A DNA stretch of 32,000 nt from Rhodothermia bacterium (lineage in GTDB: Bacteria > Bacteroidota > Rhodothermia > Balneolales > Balneolaceae): the NCBI GenBank assembly GCA_030427885.1, contig JAUICM010000004.1, positions 519,550 to 551,549 of the forward strand, written 5' to 3'. Of the stretch, positions 24,105 to 32,000 are shown piece after piece. Made by a program: the position numbers and the translations under genes. A model generated the notes under the pieces. It did no database searches. It saw only the letters and a program-made list of their open reading frames with translations, and had not been told where the DNA came from. The stretch's first letter is position 1; the number at the start of each line of letters is the position of its first letter.

Positions 24105-27100
24105 ATGACTAAAAACATTCTCCTTCCCGTCTTTTCTATTCTTCTTCTCTTCGCAGCATGTACCAAACAGGAAACGATCAGTGTTTCTTCAACGCAGGGG
24201 TATGAGGAATATATAACGGGATTTACCTCAGGAGAGATCAGTTCAGGAAGTGAGATCGCGGTTTCATTTTCTAATGACATAGAAACTGAAAGTCAGCTAA
24301 CACAGAATTTATTCCGTTTCAATCCGGGAATAACAGGCGAAGCCGAATGGGTAAACGAGCGCACGGTAGTGTTTTACCCAGCGCAAAAGCTGAAAAACGG
24401 ACAGGAGTATATTGCAGAGTTTACTTTAAGTAAGGTGATGGATGTTCCTGATGAGAAAAAGAAATTTTCTTTCAGATTTTCAACCATAAGGCAGGATATG
24501 GAAGTTGAAATTAATGGGCTGGAACTGGTTCAGGTGAATCAGGGGTTGCAGCGTATTACAGGAACTGTTTTTACAGCTGATAAAGTATCAGAAGCTGATA
24601 TCAAACGAATAATGAAAGCTGTCCATGAGGATGAGAATCTGAACATCAGCTGGATTCAGAATAACCCACAAACACGTCACGATTTCCAGATCTCAGGTAT
24701 CACACGAATGCAGAATTCCTCGAGTGTTGAAATAAGCTGGGATGGTTCGCCCATTGGCTCAGATGCCGAAGGTGAACAGGAAATAGAAATACCTGCAATT
24801 GGAAATTTTGAACTTATAGGTACAAAAATATTCAGAGATCAGAATCCGAGGATTGAGCTTATTTTTTCTGATCCATTGGACGCATCCCAAAACCTGGCTG
24901 GTCTGGTGCGCCTGGAAAGTGGTGGGTCACTAAATTTCATCGTCAATGAAAATAAATTAATCATTAACCCGGGGAATACCAGGAACAGGCCCGAAAATCT
25001 CATCATTGATGAAGCCGTTAGAAATAGCAAAGGCAAACGCCTTGGAGTAGAATATCAGCGGGAAATACGATTTTCGCAGCCGGCTCCACAGGTTGAATTA
25101 CTGGGTAAAGGAATGATCATACCCCGGTCAAACAATTTATACCTGCCATTTAAAGCGGTAAGCCTGGGAGCAGTCGATGTTCAGGTGGTACGGATATTCG
25201 AAAATAACATCGGGCAGTTTTTGCAGGATCAGAATCTGGATGGAACACAGTCCTGGAATATTCGCAGGGTAGGGCGTGCAGTGTACAATGGAACCATTCC
25301 GCTCTCCGCTCTGGGAAATGTAGATCCGGGCGAGTGGAATAATTTCGCGCTCGATCTTTCTGAAATCATAGAACCGCAACCGGGTGCTATCTATAAAGTG
25401 GAGATCGGTTTCCGTCAGCAACACGCGGTGTATCCCTGTGGAGATAACAGCATTATCAGTAATACCAATCTCAGTTCAAGAAACTGGATGCTGAGTGCGG
25501 ATGAAGAAGCCGGATACTGGAACAGGTACGATGACTATTATTATCCATCTGGATATAATTGGAGAGATCGGGATGATCCTTGCACACTTTCCTATTACAT
25601 GAGCGATAAAAGAAGATCCCGTAATGTGCTTGCCTCAGATCTCGGGATCATTGCAAAACGAGGGGAAACCGGTGAAGTACAGGTATTTGTTACCGATTTG
25701 AAAGTTGCGGAACCAAGACCGGGAGTCACCATTACGGCATATGACTTTCAACAGCAGGAGATGGTTGCCACAAGCACCGATGCTTCAGGTAAAGCTGTAT
25801 TTGATGTAGAAAGAGATCCGTTTTATCTGGTGGCCAGTCGTGGAGATCAAAAAGGATACCTCAAAATGGAGGATGGGTCATCGCTGTCTCTGAGTGAGTT
25901 TGATGTTTCAGGTGCCAGAATAGAAAACGGACTGAAGGGATTTCTGTATGGTGAACGGGGAGTCTGGAGACCGGGCGATAGCTTATTTGTGACACTGATC
26001 CTTGAAGATAAAAATGAGGTTCTGCCCGATGATCATCCGGTCTCTTTTGAATTAAGAGATCCATCGGGACAGCTAAGCGACCGCCAGACCTTTACCTCTT
26101 CATTGAACGGATTCTATGTATACAAAGGCAAAACAGAACGACAGGCTAAAACAGGGAACTGGAGGTTAACAGCACGGGTGGGAGGCCAGAGTTTCACAAA
26201 GGTCCTGAAAATAGAAAGCGTAAAACCAAACAGACTGAAGGTTGAACTTGACCTGGCAAACGATGAGATCAATGCAAGAACACGTTTAATGGAAGCCACG
26301 CTAAGCTCACGCTGGCTGCACGGGGCTACAGCACGTGACCTTAAGGCTGATGTGGAAATGAGTCTGACGCCCTCAGAGCCAGAATTTGAGAACTTCCGGG
26401 ATTTCAGTTTTAATGACGAAACCGTTTCATTTTCATCGTCTCCGGAAAAGATATTTGAAGGCAAGCTGGATGGAAATGGTGAAGCAGAATTTGACCATCG
26501 CTTTGCAGCACTGGATGAAGGCCCCGGAAGACTCATGGTGAATTTGAACCTGAGAGTATTCGAGCCATCGGGAAGCTTCAGTGTTGGCCGGGCAGGTACT
26601 TTCTACTATCCGTTCAAAACCCTGGTCGGTGTTAAAGCACCAGCCGTAGATAACTGGAACTATCAAAACTGGTTATCCCGTAATGAGACCTATGCATATG
26701 AAGTAGTTACAACTGATGAAAAAGGAGAACCGGTTGCATTCAAACAATTGGAATATGAGCTCTATAACATCCGGTGGAGATGGTGGTGGGAGCGAAGTCG
26801 TGAGAACCTGAGTAATTTCTTTGAACGCCGGAATTCCACAAAAATACTCAGTGGTAAAGTAACCACTGGTTCCGATGGAACGAACAAAATTCAGATCAAA
26901 CTTCCCGAAGGTGCTGATGGGGGACGGTATCTGCTGAGAGTGAAAGATCCTGTTGGGCGACATTCCAGCAGTACTATTGTGTATTATCGCTGGGGACGAG
27001 GCCGCAACTCAGCAGTAAGTCCGGCGCAGCTTACCTTCACTTCAGATAAAGAAAAATATAATGTGGATGAGGAAGTCACCCTGAAGATCCCGAGCAGTGC

Positions 27101-29636
27101 GGGCAGTAAGATTCTGGTAAGTCTGGAAACGGGTTCTAAGATCCTGAAGACGGCATGGATCGATGCCAAAGACGGCGAAACGGAATATCGTTTTTTTGCG
27201 GATGGGGAGATGAGCCCAACTATCTATGCACATGTGATGCACATCCAGCCTCATGGACAGGATGAGAACGATCTGCCAATTCGTATGTACGGTGTGATAC
27301 CGATAGAAGTGCAGGATCCTCATACCATCCTCAGACCTCAGATCGAGATGGCTCAGGAGCTTCGACCAGAAACCGAAGTACAGATCAATATAAGCGAGGA
27401 ATCCGGCAGAGAAATGACCTATACCATAGCCATGGTGGATGAAGGTTTGCTGGATCTGACCAATTTCAGGACACCCACTCCTCACGATCTTTTTTACGCC
27501 CGTGAAGCACTCGGTATTAAAACCTGGGATATGTTTGAATATGTGACCAGCGGGTTCTCAGGTAATATCTCCAGGATTCTTTCGGTGGGTGGGGATGGAT
27601 CAGAAAGAGAGGTAGATCCGCTGAATGAAGCTAACCGTTTTGAGCCAATGGTGAGGTTTGAGGGGCCTTTCCATCTGGAGCCCGGAAAAGTGAATCAACA
27701 TAGTATTTCGGTTCCTAATTATGTGGGTTCGGTTAGAACCATGGTGATTGCGGGTGAGGATGGTGCTTATGGCCAGACTCAGAAAACAACTCCTGTTCGC
27801 AAACCTGTGATGGTTCTGGCTACACTGCCAAGAGTACTGGGTCCAGGGGAAACAGTAAGTCTTCCGGTGAATGTATTTGCGATGAAGGAAAACGTTCGTA
27901 ATGTGCAGGTGAGGGTGGAAGCCAGCGATATTTTTGAGATACATGGAGATCCATCCACAACGGTCCGCTTCGATGAGCCTGGTGACCAGCTGGTCAGTTT
28001 CAGTCTGAAAACGAAATCTGAGATAGGAGTTGGTAAAGTGCGGGTTGAAGTAAGCAGCGGAAATGAGACCGCCTATCATGAGATCGAGATCGCGGTAAGG
28101 AATCCCAATACTCCATTTGTGGATGTAAGATCTGATATCCTTGAAGAAGGGGAAGAGTGGGATCTTAGTTTTGATCCACAGGGTATGACCGGTACTAACA
28201 CTGCGGTATTGGAAGTGTCACGGATTCCACCCATAGATTTTGGGCGTCGCCTTGCCTACCTGTTGCGTTATCCTCATGGCTGCATCGAACAGACCACTTC
28301 CTCGGTATTTCCGCAGCTGTTTATAGATAAAGTGATGGATATCAGCGACGAACGAAAAGAAAAGATCCAGGATAATGTTGAGGGCGGTATTGCGAGGATC
28401 GCGAAGTTTATGACTCCATCGGGAGGGCTTGGATACTGGCCCGGATATGAAGATCCCAACTCATGGGGTACTTCCTATGCCTACCATTTTCTGCTGGAAG
28501 CTCAGAAACAGGGCTACTATGTACCTTCGGATCTGCTGAATAAGATCAACACTTATCAAAAGAATTATGCGCGCAACTGGTCAAAAAGTAAGTACCGGCG
28601 ATCCGACCTGATCCAGGCCTATCGTTTGTATACACTGGCCCTTGCTCAAACACCGGAGCTGGGGGCAATGAACCGGTTCCGGGAACGAACCGATCTCTCG
28701 GCACAGGCTAAATGGAGGATCGCTTCAGCCTATGCCCTTATCGGTCAGCCCGAAGCTGCCAATGACATCCTTCAAGGGGTTTCAACCAGTGTTCCGGATT
28801 ACAGAGAGCTATCAGGAAGCTATGGATCATCGCTGCGAGACCGGGCTATGATTCTGGAAACACTGGCACTGCTTGGCAGACAGGAAGATGCAGCCCTGGT
28901 TGCACGTGACATATCCGAAGAGCTCAGCAGTCAGCGCTGGCTCAATACGCAGACAACAGCTTATTCCCTCATAGCGATCTCGAAATTTCTGGAAGAGAAT
29001 AACGTTTCGGGGAATCTTGAGGCAAGCTTTGTATTGAATGGCTCACAGGAAGGATCGCTGAACACAGGCGCTTTTGTGGTTCAGATGCCCCTGAACATGG
29101 ATGAGTATGATGAAAACAGATTAGTACTCAAAAATGAAGCCCAGGGTACTTTGTTTGCCAGAGTGATACTCACGGGAACACCACTGATCGGTGATAATAT
29201 TTCCTCGTCCAATAGTCTGGTCCAGAAAGTGAAGTTCACTACCCTGGATGGTAATGAGATCGACCCGGCTGAAATAGAGCAGGGAACAGATTTCGTGGCT
29301 GAAGTTAGTTTGTCTAATCCGGGACTGCGAGGTAATTACGAAGAAATGGCTCTCACCCAGATCTTTCCTTCGGGATGGGAGATCAGGAATAGCAGAATGG
29401 ATGGGGAGTCCTTCAAAGAACCAACTTCATCTTACGAATATCAGGATATCAGGGACGACCGGATCTATACTTATTTCGATCTGAATGCCAACAGTTCCAG
29501 AACCTACCGGGTTCAGCTCAATGCGAGTTATCTGGGTGAGTTCTATCTGCCTGCAGTTAAAACAGAAGCGATGTACGATGAAACCATCAGTGCCCGTACA
29601 CCAGGTAAATGGGTGAAAGTTGTAGCTCCAAACTAA
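24105..29636 (+). CDS. yfhM: bacterial alpha-2-macroglobulin family lipoprotein (YfhM/ECAM type, thioester-containing)
   Basis: 1843-aa ORF. Signal peptide plus lipobox Cys (LLLFAACTK). Long array of MG-like beta-sandwich sequence. Thioester motif YPHGCIEQTTSS, then a helical TED-like region and a C-terminal receptor-binding-like domain. Immediately followed by pbpC. Confidence 0.9.
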   Translation: MTKNILLPVFSILLLFAACTKQETISVSSTQGYEEYITGFTSGEISSGSEIAVSFSNDIETESQLTQNLFRFNPGITGEAEWVNERTVVFYPAQKLKNGQEYIAEFTLSKVMDVPDEKKKFSFRFSTIRQDMEVEINGLELVQVNQGLQRITGTVFTADKVSEADIKRIMKAVHEDENLNISWIQNNPQTRHDFQISGITRMQNSSSVEISWDGSPIGSDAEGEQEIEIPAIGNFELIGTKIFRDQNPRIELIFSDPLDASQNLAGLVRLESGGSLNFIVNENKLIINPGNTRNRPENLIIDEAVRNSKGKRLGVEYQREIRFSQPAPQVELLGKGMIIPRSNNLYLPFKAVSLGAVDVQVVRIFENNIGQFLQDQNLDGTQSWNIRRVGRAVYNGTIPLSALGNVDPGEWNNFALDLSEIIEPQPGAIYKVEIGFRQQHAVYPCGDNSIISNTNLSSRNWMLSADEEAGYWNRYDDYYYPSGYNWRDRDDPCTLSYYMSDKRRSRNVLASDLGIIAKRGETGEVQVFVTDLKVAEPRPGVTITAYDFQQQEMVATSTDASGKAVFDVERDPFYLVASRGDQKGYLKMEDGSSLSLSEFDVSGARIENGLKGFLYGERGVWRPGDSLFVTLILEDKNEVLPDDHPVSFELRDPSGQLSDRQTFTSSLNGFYVYKGKTERQAKTGNWRLTARVGGQSFTKVLKIESVKPNRLKVELDLANDEINARTRLMEATLSSRWLHGATARDLKADVEMSLTPSEPEFENFRDFSFNDETVSFSSSPEKIFEGKLDGNGEAEFDHRFAALDEGPGRLMVNLNLRVFEPSGSFSVGRAGTFYYPFKTLVGVKAPAVDNWNYQNWLSRNETYAYEVVTTDEKGEPVAFKQLEYELYNIRWRWWWERSRENLSNFFERRNSTKILSGKVTTGSDGTNKIQIKLPEGADGGRYLLRVKDPVGRHSSSTIVYYRWGRGRNSAVSPAQLTFTSDKEKYNVDEEVTLKIPSSAGSKILVSLETGSKILKTAWIDAKDGETEYRFFADGEMSPTIYAHVMHIQPHGQDENDLPIRMYGVIPIEVQDPHTILRPQIEMAQELRPETEVQINISEESGREMTYTIAMVDEGLLDLTNFRTPTPHDLFYAREALGIKTWDMFEYVTSGFSGNISRILSVGGDGSEREVDPLNEANRFEPMVRFEGPFHLEPGKVNQHSISVPNYVGSVRTMVIAGEDGAYGQTQKTTPVRKPVMVLATLPRVLGPGETVSLPVNVFAMKENVRNVQVRVEASDIFEIHGDPSTTVRFDEPGDQLVSFSLKTKSEIGVGKVRVEVSSGNETAYHEIEIAVRNPNTPFVDVRSDILEEGEEWDLSFDPQGMTGTNTAVLEVSRIPPIDFGRRLAYLLRYPHGCIEQTTSSVFPQLFIDKVMDISDERKEKIQDNVEGGIARIAKFMTPSGGLGYWPGYEDPNSWGTSYAYHFLLEAQKQGYYVPSDLLNKINTYQKNYARNWSKSKYRRSDLIQAYRLYTLALAQTPELGAMNRFRERTDLSAQAKWRIASAYALIGQPEAANDILQGVSTSVPDYRELSGSYGSSLRDRAMILETLALLGRQEDAALVARDISEELSSQRWLNTQTTAYSLIAISKFLEENNVSGNLEASFVLNGSQEGSLNTGAFVVQMPLNMDEYDENRLVLKNEAQGTLFARVILTGTPLIGDNISSSNSLVQKVKFTTLDGNEIDPAEIEQGTDFVAEVSLSNPGLRGNYEEMALTQIFPSGWEIRNSRMDGESFKEPTSSYEYQDIRDDRIYTYFDLNANSSRTYRVQLNASYLGEFYLPAVKTEAMYDETISARTPGKWVKVVAPN
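28281..28292 (+). other. thioester site CIEQ (CxEQ) of the alpha-2-macroglobulin
   Basis: Codons TGC ATC GAA CAG are in frame at residues 1393-1396, within YPHGCIEQTTS. Confidence 0.8.
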
Positions 29637-29645
29637 AACCAGCTA

Positions 29646-32000
29646 TTGAAGATAATTAAGGGACATACTATCGGGTTCAAAAAGGCATTTTCGGGTATCG
29701 TTGCTTTAATGACAGTGGTATTGCTGGGTATGTACTGGTTTTGTTTGCCGGATCCCCTGTTTGATCCCGGTTACTCAACGGTGCTTGAAGATCGTGATGG
29801 GAAGTTACTGGGAGCGAAGATAGCCGATGATGGTCAATGGCGCTTCCCGGTATCAGATGAGGTTCCGGAAACATTCAGGCTGGCCATCATAGAATTTGAG
29901 GACCGGAGTTTCGATTCACACTGGGGGGTGGATCCAATGGCTGTGGGCCGGGCCCTGATACAAAATTACAAAGCCGGGGAGATCGTAAGCGGGGCCAGCA
30001 CCCTGAGCATGCAGGTGATTCGTCTCGCCAAAAACAATCCGGACAGAACCGTTTGGGAGAAGCTGAAAGAAATGATTCAGGCTACCCGGCTGGAACTTCG
30101 CTATTCCAAAGAGGAGATCATGGCCATGTATGCGGCTCACGCTCCATTTGGAGGTAATGTGGTGGGTCTGGAAGCTGCTTCCTGGCGTTATTTCGGAAGA
30201 AAACCGGACAAACTATCCTGGGCAGAATCGGCGATGCTCGCTGTGCTCCCCAATAGTCCCGCGCTGATACATCCCGGCAGAAACCGGAACGAACTAAAAG
30301 CAAAGCGGGATCGCCTGTTGAGAAGATTGCTGGAGAATGGGACTATTGATTCCCTTACTTATGACCTGGCACTGCTCGAAAAATTACCGGAAAAGCCGCA
30401 TGCTCTTCCAATGGATGCTCCCCACTATCTGGCTAAAATGTTTCTGGGAGAACGATCGCAAACGAAAATAAAGAGCACGATCGATCAGAATCTTCAGCAG
30501 AAAGTGAATGAAATACTGAACTACCATCACGAGCAGCTTTCGGCGAATGGGATAAATAATGCCGCGGTGTTGGTTTTGGATGTGAAGCGTAAGCAGATCG
30601 CCGCATATGTGGGGAATACGAGATCGGGGTATCGTCATGGTGAGCAGGTCGATATTATTGATGCGCCAAGGAGTACGGGAAGTATTCTGAAGCCACTGCT
30701 TTATGCCCTGAAGCTGAATGAAGGGGAGATTCTGCCCGGGACCTTAGTACCGGATGTTCCATCCCGTTTTTCTGATTATTCCCCTGAAAATTTCACCCGA
30801 AGCTACTCCGGTGCTGTATATGCCTCTGATGCACTGGCTCGGTCGCTCAATGTGTCTGCGGTTCATATGTTGCAGGAATTTGGAGTTCCTAAATTCCATC
30901 ATTATCTCAAAGAAATGGGTCTTTCAACTATCACAAACTCTCCGGAACACTACGGACTTACCCTGATCCTGGGTGGAGCTGAGGGCACGCTTTGGGATAT
31001 CACTTCCACTTATGCTTCGTTGGCAAACGAGCTGAATGAATATGATCCCCGTAAAGATGACAAAAACCAATACCAGAAGATCGGTTTTGAAAATGGAGAA
31101 ATAAGTGAAGGTTTTGAACTGAACTCAGGGGCGATCTGGAGTACTTTTAAAGCAATGCTGGAAGTGAATCGACCGGAAGGGGAAGCATTCTGGCAGCGAT
31201 TTGATGGCGCCCGAAAGGTGGCCTGGAAGACAGGTACCAGTTATGGATTCAGAGATGGCTGGGCTGTTGGGGTGACGCCTGAATATGTGGTGGGCGTTTG
31301 GGTTGGGAATGCAGATGGCGAAGGGAGACCTGATTTAACGGGTATCAAAACGGCGGGCCCGATCTTGTTTGATGTGTTCAATACCCTGCCGGAGACAAGC
31401 TGGTTCAATGAGCCACTGTACGAGATGAAGAAAATAAAAGTGTGTCGTTTGAGCGGACACCGGGCAGGTGAATACTGCGATCTGACGGATACCATTTCTG
31501 TTCCGGTCACCGGTTTGGAAACGACCATATGTCCGTATCACCGCCAGATCCACACTAATGAAGCTCAGACCAGGCGGGTTAACAGTTCCTGTGCTGCCAT
31601 ATCAGATATGAAAAAAATAAACTGGTTCGTGCTTCCACCGGATCAGGAATTATACTATCGGAGGGATCACCCGGAATACAAGTCATTGCCACCCATGGCA
31701 GCTAATTGTGGTGATGAAGATATAGCTGCTATGAAGCTTATTTATCCTTTTCCGTCCTCCAGCATCTATGTACCGGTTGAATTGGATGGGGAGACCGGTA
31801 AAGCTGTGTTCGAAGCTGCGCACCGAAATTCATCCGCCCGGATATTCTGGCATATCGACGATCAGTTTATAGGTGAAACCACACATATTCACCAAATGTC
31901 GATATCTCCCGGGCCCGGAAAACATATTCTGACCCTGGTAGATGAATCCGGTGAAAGGCTGGAGCACCACTTTGAGATCATAGGCCGGGTTGGTTTATAA
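29646..32000 (+). CDS. pbpC: penicillin-binding protein 1C (bifunctional glycosyltransferase/transpeptidase)
   Basis: 784-aa ORF with a TTG start (uncertain) and a TAA stop at the window end. N-terminal TM anchor. GT51 motifs EDRSFDSHWGVD, GASTLSMQ, RKxxE-like KLKEM. Transpeptidase motifs GSILKP (SxxK) and KTGTS. Long PBP1C-type C-terminal domain. Only 9 nt downstream of the A2M gene. Confidence 0.9.
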   Translation: MKIIKGHTIGFKKAFSGIVALMTVVLLGMYWFCLPDPLFDPGYSTVLEDRDGKLLGAKIADDGQWRFPVSDEVPETFRLAIIEFEDRSFDSHWGVDPMAVGRALIQNYKAGEIVSGASTLSMQVIRLAKNNPDRTVWEKLKEMIQATRLELRYSKEEIMAMYAAHAPFGGNVVGLEAASWRYFGRKPDKLSWAESAMLAVLPNSPALIHPGRNRNELKAKRDRLLRRLLENGTIDSLTYDLALLEKLPEKPHALPMDAPHYLAKMFLGERSQTKIKSTIDQNLQQKVNEILNYHHEQLSANGINNAAVLVLDVKRKQIAAYVGNTRSGYRHGEQVDIIDAPRSTGSILKPLLYALKLNEGEILPGTLVPDVPSRFSDYSPENFTRSYSGAVYASDALARSLNVSAVHMLQEFGVPKFHHYLKEMGLSTITNSPEHYGLTLILGGAEGTLWDITSTYASLANELNEYDPRKDDKNQYQKIGFENGEISEGFELNSGAIWSTFKAMLEVNRPEGEAFWQRFDGARKVAWKTGTSYGFRDGWAVGVTPEYVVGVWVGNADGEGRPDLTGIKTAGPILFDVFNTLPETSWFNEPLYEMKKIKVCRLSGHRAGEYCDLTDTISVPVTGLETTICPYHRQIHTNEAQTRRVNSSCAAISDMKKINWFVLPPDQELYYRRDHPEYKSLPPMAANCGDEDIAAMKLIYPFPSSSIYVPVELDGETGKAVFEAAHRNSSARIFWHIDDQFIGETTHIHQMSISPGPGKHILTLVDESGERLEHHFEIIGRVGL

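Noticed and set aside
1-32000. Mobile elements, prophage or integrase/transposase genes, and tRNA/rRNA genes
   Set aside because: No ORF shows integrase, transposase or phage motifs. I saw no terminal inverted repeats flanking a gene block, and no tRNA- or rRNA-like sequence.

Overview
This looks like a chromosomal segment from a Bacteroidota-like bacterium (Balneolota/Rhodothermota style). The taxonomic call rests on several TAnnTTTG -7 promoter boxes, relaxed lipoboxes and few Shine-Dalgarno sites, and is only an inference. I saw no rRNA, tRNA, CRISPR array, transposase or integrase.

Gene content, left to right:
- Single-chain methylmalonyl-CoA mutase, its MeaB GTPase chaperone and an acyl-CoA dehydrogenase.
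- An FGE/SUMF1-domain lipoprotein.
- A stand-alone LOV-like PAS protein lacking the photoactive Cys.
- SufE.
- A hybrid histidine kinase.
- A GNAT + PaiB pair.
- A DGPF/YCII protein + ECF42-type sigma factor pair.
- A minus-strand signalling block: small membrane ORF, PAS/HisKA_3 kinase, NarL-type regulator and PAS/HisKA_2 kinase.
- A tiny basic ORF with its own terminator.
- A tightly coupled five-gene cluster (17081-22137).
- A class-C beta-lactamase-family hydrolase.
- A 677-bp intergenic region full of hairpin repeats.
- A lipoprotein alpha-2-macroglobulin (thioester CIEQ) followed by PBP1C.

The standout is the 17081-22137 cluster. One polypeptide looks like a FliF-type periplasmic ring motif joined by a single TM helix to a full FliG rotor protein. 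It is followed by an outer-membrane beta-barrel protein, a TPR lipoprotein, and MotA/MotB stator homologues with intact channel residues. No other flagellar gene lies in the 32 kb. I read this as a candidate flagellum-independent, envelope-spanning rotor/stator module. All domain calls come from reading the translated ORFs and remembered family motifs, so they need HMM and structure confirmation.
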